IMG/VR virus record: IMGVR_UViG_3300024232_000037
Span: 1-38,184 of that record
Origin: a virus
Lineage: Duplodnaviria; Caudoviricetes
Reading direction: 5' to 3' (one strand)
Length of the DNA: 38,184 nucleotides
The notes beneath the pieces were generated by a model. It saw only the letters and a list, made by a program, of their open reading frames with translations. It made no database searches and was not told the DNA's origin. This document shows positions 34,371 to 38,184 of this stretch, one piece after another. Made by a program: the position numbers and the translations under genes. Positions within the stretch are counted from its first letter, which is position 1, and every line of letters begins with the position of its first letter.

Positions 34371-34700
34371 TTAGCCGGCGTCCGCTGCTTTCACGGTGTA
34401 GCCGACAGGCATGCGAAAACGGAGAGAATCGCCAATATTGGCATTAGCTTCGTTGACCCGTCCGACAAGGCTCTGTTTCTGGTGGAGAAGCACGAGCGCC
34501 TTGGCCGTAATCATGTCCTCCGTCAACGAATAGCCCAGCATCTCCGCGCGCTTGGTCTCTAGCTTTGCCAGGCGCCTCGCCAGACGCTCCTTTAGGCGCT
34601 CCAGCTTACTGAACTGCTTACCCAGATCACGTTGCGCCGCGATGACTAGCTTACGTTTGGCATCGATGCGCTTCAGGCGAGTCTTGCGTTTCAAGGGCAT
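34371..34700 (-). CDS. Basic coiled-coil protein fused to a copy of the coat N-terminus
   Basis: C-terminal MITAKALVLLHQKQSLVGRVN..ANIGDSLRFRMPVGYT aligns with coat. Confidence 0.75.
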   Translation of the reverse strand: MPLKRKTRLKRIDAKRKLVIAAQRDLGKQFSKLERLKERLARRLAKLETKRAEMLGYSLTEDMITAKALVLLHQKQSLVGRVNEANANIGDSLRFRMPVGYTVKAADAG

Positions 34701-34909
34701 CGCTTCTTCTCTGCTATCTTCGCTCCCAGCGTTTCGACGTATGCAGCAATGCCTGCGCGAACTTCTGACGGCACTCGCGCATCATCCTGGGGAGAAGGAA
34801 CGCGGACCAATCCACTGGGCGGCCATGCGGTGTCCGTATAGGCGTTGTAAACCCATCCACTGCCGACCGGCACCCTAAGATTACCGTCCAGATGCTCCGG
34901 CATTCGCAT
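34691..34909 (-). CDS. Hypothetical protein
   Basis: TAATG overlap with scaffold stop. Confidence 0.6.
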   Translation of the reverse strand: MRMPEHLDGNLRVPVGSGWVYNAYTDTAWPPSGLVRVPSPQDDARVPSEVRAGIAAYVETLGAKIAEKKRCP

Positions 34910-35646
34910 TAGGCCCGCCTCCGCTCCATCGCCTGCTTGCTGTAGTAGTCCATCAACTGCTCGGCTGAGGCGGTGTATTCGTTGAATGTCGGGTTAGCGA
35001 CGCCGGTCACCGGCCGGATCGGAGCAGGCGCCCGCGATACCGGGGTGCGTGCCGGCCGCGCTTCCGGCAACGACGCCGCGAACTTGCCCAGCGCGATTGC
35101 CCGGCCTCGCTCGGTCCTGATGCCCGCGATGCGCTCGAGCGCCTCCGGGTCGTCTGCCAGGGCGCCGGCAACGCGCGCCCCGTCGTCCATCTCGACCAGG
35201 ATGTGCGACATTTCCCTGTCAACGCCCATCGCCTGCAGGTTCTCGCAGCGCTCCTTCCAGTCGGAGTGAGCCGCTTGCCCTGCCCTGTGGAACGCCATGA
35301 CGCGCTCCCTTGTGCGCTCCTCTGCGGCCAGCTTGGACGCCTCAGCACGCACGACTGCCTGCAATTCCTCGGGCGTCTGTGGCAGCGCCGTAGGGGCAGC
35401 AGGGGGGGATTGCTGGCCCCCACGGCGCAACTCCTCGATCTCGGCAGCCTGGGCCGCCAGGCGCGCGGACATGGCGGCGAAACGCCGATCTGCGCGTGAG
35501 GGCTTCGGCTGCTCCTCGGTCGGCTTGGTTTCCGTCTCAGTCTCAGTCGCAGCGCCTGCATCGACCGGCGCGGTGGCCTCCGTCTCAGTCACAGCAGCTT
35601 CAGGCGCTTCGCCTCCGGGCTGCGGGCCGGTTTCAGTCTCGCTCAA
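34909..35646 (-). CDS. Scaffolding protein
   Basis: Acidic N-terminus, coiled coil, SRAPAPIRPV C-terminal motif; between portal and coat. Confidence 0.75.
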   Translation of the reverse strand: MSETETGPQPGGEAPEAAVTETEATAPVDAGAATETETETKPTEEQPKPSRADRRFAAMSARLAAQAAEIEELRRGGQQSPPAAPTALPQTPEELQAVVRAEASKLAAEERTRERVMAFHRAGQAAHSDWKERCENLQAMGVDREMSHILVEMDDGARVAGALADDPEALERIAGIRTERGRAIALGKFAASLPEARPARTPVSRAPAPIRPVTGVANPTFNEYTASAEQLMDYYSKQAMERRRA

Positions 35647-35844
35647 TCAAGCCTCCACGATAATCGGCATAGTCCATGCCTTCACCCGGACGCGCGGCTT
35701 GCGTCGCATGAACCCGATAGGTCGTTGTATGTCGGGATATGTCTCAGCGCCGGCTTCTGCCGCGTAGCAATCGCCGCGATGCTGCACCGGCTCACTCTCC
35801 CACTCGTAGAACGGCAGATCGTCAGCCACCCACATCCGCGTCAT
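35647..35844 (-). CDS. Hypothetical protein
   Basis: TAATG-coupled; contains RPIGF. Confidence 0.55.
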   Translation of the reverse strand: MTRMWVADDLPFYEWESEPVQHRGDCYAAEAGAETYPDIQRPIGFMRRKPRVRVKAWTMPIIVEA

Positions 35845-36038
35845 TAGACGCTCCACTTCAACGCTCGGGCGGGGAATGCCGCATCGGGCCGGGCGCTCGC
35901 TCGTTCGACGCACAACATCAACTCCGCGACATGCTCGAGCAGGAGAGAAACGCGCGCCTCAAGTGCCGCGATGCGCTGTAAGTCTACCGCGAGCGCGGAA
36001 TTGCCGTAGATCGCCACCTCGTTCTCACCCTGCATCAC
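35844..36038 (-). CDS. Small coiled-coil protein
   Basis: RIAALEARV; coupled. Confidence 0.55.
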   Translation of the reverse strand: MMQGENEVAIYGNSALAVDLQRIAALEARVSLLLEHVAELMLCVERASARPDAAFPARALKWSV

Positions 36039-36499
36039 GCCTCCCGCTGCGGCTGGTTCTGGGCCGCCTGATACTGCGCCTCACGTTGCGCCGCAGCAGC
36101 CTTGGCCGCCTGCTCTGCCGCCTTCTTATCCGCCGCTGCCTTGTCGTCGGCCGCCTTCTTATCCGCAGCCTCACGCTCAGCCGCGGCCTTCTTCAGCGCC
36201 TCCATCTCCTCGAGCTGCTGCGCCCGCGTGGACAGTGGCGGGAAAGCCTCGTTCATGCCACTTGGCAGCTTCGTCGTGTCCATCTCCAGCGCCACCACAT
36301 CGGCCGCATGTGGCGTGTTCTGGGTGAACGACGCCGCCCACGCCGGACCCTGCGCGCTGATGTCGTCCGCGAGCGCGACCGCCGACACCTCGCCCGCATA
36401 AATCGCCGCAGTGACGCCACGCAAGAAAGCCGCAATGGACTGCGCTACGGTAGGCTGGCTGCCGACCACGTCACGAATGGCAGAGGGGGATGCAGGCAT
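36035..36499 (-). CDS. Protein with Ala/Lys/Asp low-complexity helix
   Basis: AADKKAADDKAAADKKAAEQAAK; GGGAG SD. Confidence 0.7.
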   Translation of the reverse strand: MPASPSAIRDVVGSQPTVAQSIAAFLRGVTAAIYAGEVSAVALADDISAQGPAWAASFTQNTPHAADVVALEMDTTKLPSGMNEAFPPLSTRAQQLEEMEALKKAAAEREAADKKAADDKAAADKKAAEQAAKAAAAQREAQYQAAQNQPQREA

Positions 36500-36514
36500 G
36501 GTGTTACTCCCTGT

Positions 36515-36736
36515 TCAGTACGTGATCATTCCCGCGCCATACTTCACGCGGCCGCTGTCGTGCGTATCCAACCCAGGCGCGTTCGGCGGCGCAGCTAAAA
36601 CCACCGAGACATCGCTGTAGCCCACGTTGCCAACGGCACCCTGCTGCATGGCCTTGGCAGCCTCCAGCGCATCGAGACGCGCCGATAGGCGGTTCAGCGC
36701 CTCCCAAACCTCACTTATGTCGGTGTCGGTCATCAC
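36515..36736 (-). CDS. Hypothetical protein
   Basis: Coupled to portal stop; short coiled coil. Confidence 0.6.
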   Translation of the reverse strand: MMTDTDISEVWEALNRLSARLDALEAAKAMQQGAVGNVGYSDVSVVLAAPPNAPGLDTHDSGRVKYGAGMITY

Positions 36737-38184
36737 TGCACGGTCTCCGGTTGGGGTTCAGGCGGCTGCAGCGACGCATTCAGCGCCGCGTGGGCCTGCA
36801 AGTGCGGGGCTATCTCGGTCTGCAGCATGTCCGAGACCATCTGACGCACGATCACCTGCAGCGATGCCGGGTCGATATTACCCACTGCCGCCAGGCGGCG
36901 CGTCTCGGCGTCGTAGTCCTTAATCTCGATTTCGTCGCTCTTATCCTTCAACTGCTCCTGCATCCGCGTGCATTCTGCCTTGAGGCGTGCAATCTCCGCA
37001 TCGGCCTGTTGCAGCGTCTGGTTTGCATGGACTGTCGTCTGCTGTAGCGCCTGCTGCAGCTTGATGACCTCTGGATCAGGCGTATCCGCCTTGTATTGCG
37101 GCGGCAGGCCACGACGCAGCCGTTCCGCCAGCTCGTCCGCTCCCGGGAAGTCCGAGTTCTGCGCCCAGAAGTCGCCGACCACCTGAAACGCCGCCGGGTT
37201 CTGCGCCATGATCTGGGCGAATGCGTTCGCCGCCTCCTCCCGCTGCGTGCCAAACGACGGGCCGACATCCGCCTCCACGTCGTAGCGCCCCACGTTGGGG
37301 TTGAAGATGACCTTCGGGTTAGGCGCGTTGGGATCGGCAGTCACAGCATCGGCCTGCTGCGGCGTAACCGGCTGCGGACCCTGCGGCGTCATGGCAATCT
37401 GCTGATGCGAGGTCGGTGCATTCGGCACCAGATGCACGTCGCTCTCGCTTCCGTCCTCCGCCATGATCTTGATCACGCGCGCCGTGTCGTAAATCTTCGG
37501 TATGAGGTCTAGCACGATGCGGCCGATCTGGCGTATGCCCTTCGCCTGGTTGTCAATGTAGTGGTAGGTGCTGTTTTCGCCCTGGCGCTGGCGCTGCTGT
37601 ATCGCCGTGCCGCTTATCTCGTTGGACGGCGCACCGACGAGGGCCTGATACTGGCCCGACACCATCATCATGTCCTCGCGGGCGATTTCCATCCCTTTGA
37701 CGTATGCCTCAGCCATGACGGGAGGCTGTTCACGCGCGGGGCGACCGTTCGGGATGGTCTGACCTGTGTCGTCTACGTCGTTATAAGGCAGCCACGGCAT
37801 ATTGTCGGTGTTGGCGTTGTCCCAGAATTTCTCGTAACCCTCGAACGCGCGTGCTGGCCCGGTGAACGGCGTCTTAGTCTGCAACGCGACCTGTTCAGTC
37901 GCAGCCGAACTCCAGTAGTTATACATCCGCTGCGCATCGAGCAGGCAGCGAGTGTGTCCGCGCCGGTCCATCTGGCCGTCGATCACCACTTCCTCGCCGA
38001 TGAACGGCACAATCGGGATGTAGCGGCCTGGCCATGGCTCGCGATCAACGATGCGGTCGCCGACGATCTTGAACCACTCGATTACCGGGGTGCTGACCCG
38101 GCGCACCATGATCTTCTGCGGGTCCTCATCGTCAAGATCGCCCTGCGCCTCGATAGCCTCCTTCATGCTATCCCGCTCATCGTC
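36733..38184 (-). CDS. Portal protein (P22 gp1-like), 5' end outside window
   Basis: WPGRYIPIVP, DAQRMYNYW, SNEISGTAI, GRYDVEADVGPSFGTQREEA. Confidence 0.9.
   Translation of the reverse strand, partial: DDERDSMKEAIEAQGDLDDEDPQKIMVRRVSTPVIEWFKIVGDRIVDREPWPGRYIPIVPFIGEEVVIDGQMDRRGHTRCLLDAQRMYNYWSSAATEQVALQTKTPFTGPARAFEGYEKFWDNANTDNMPWLPYNDVDDTGQTIPNGRPAREQPPVMAEAYVKGMEIAREDMMMVSGQYQALVGAPSNEISGTAIQQRQRQGENSTYHYIDNQAKGIRQIGRIVLDLIPKIYDTARVIKIMAEDGSESDVHLVPNAPTSHQQIAMTPQGPQPVTPQQADAVTADPNAPNPKVIFNPNVGRYDVEADVGPSFGTQREEAANAFAQIMAQNPAAFQVVGDFWAQNSDFPGADELAERLRRGLPPQYKADTPDPEVIKLQQALQQTTVHANQTLQQADAEIARLKAECTRMQEQLKDKSDEIEIKDYDAETRRLAAVGNIDPASLQVIVRQMVSDMLQTEIAPHLQAHAALNASLQPPEPQPETVQ

Noticed and set aside
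35647-35844. RPIGF as a ClpP-docking IGF-loop mimic
   Set aside because: A three-residue match is too weak without homologue conservation

Overview
Most of a GC-rich, lambdoid-organised, P22-like podophage (or prophage) genome, probably from an alphaproteobacterial host (inferred from GcrA-like, suhB/MmgR-like RNA, DUF3309-like and PodJ-N-like modules). Layout: 1-7485 is a leftward Cro operon with iteron origin, AAA_25 helicase, a DNA methyltransferase invaded by a LAGLIDADG endonuclease, VRR-NUC, GcrA-like, CII-like and Cro. 7570-7911 is the CI-like repressor. 8027-11304 is a rightward early operon of small Zn-finger proteins, Gp157 and a RecT-like protein. 11319-38184 is the leftward late operon: partial portal, scaffold, coat, gp4/gp10/gp26-like tail machine, several fibres/spikes, Asp/Asn hydroxylase, GNAT, three ejection proteins and a lysis-like cassette. 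No terminase, integrase, primase, canonical endolysin, tRNA or CRISPR array was recognised in the window. Best leads: (1) a basic coiled-coil protein upstream of the coat gene that carries a synonymously recoded copy of the coat N-terminus (capsid mimic/decoy); (2) a homing endonuclease that enters the methyltransferase 5' end and supplies a recoded replacement N-terminus joined by a +1 shift at TTT-CGG; (3) a virion-module ADP-ribosyltransferase-like effector sharing a DNLLxPP motif with an ejection protein; (4) short peptide inserts in core tail proteins that may dock multiple fibres; (5) a clan GH-A glycosidase where the endolysin is expected. All family calls are by eye; no searches were run.
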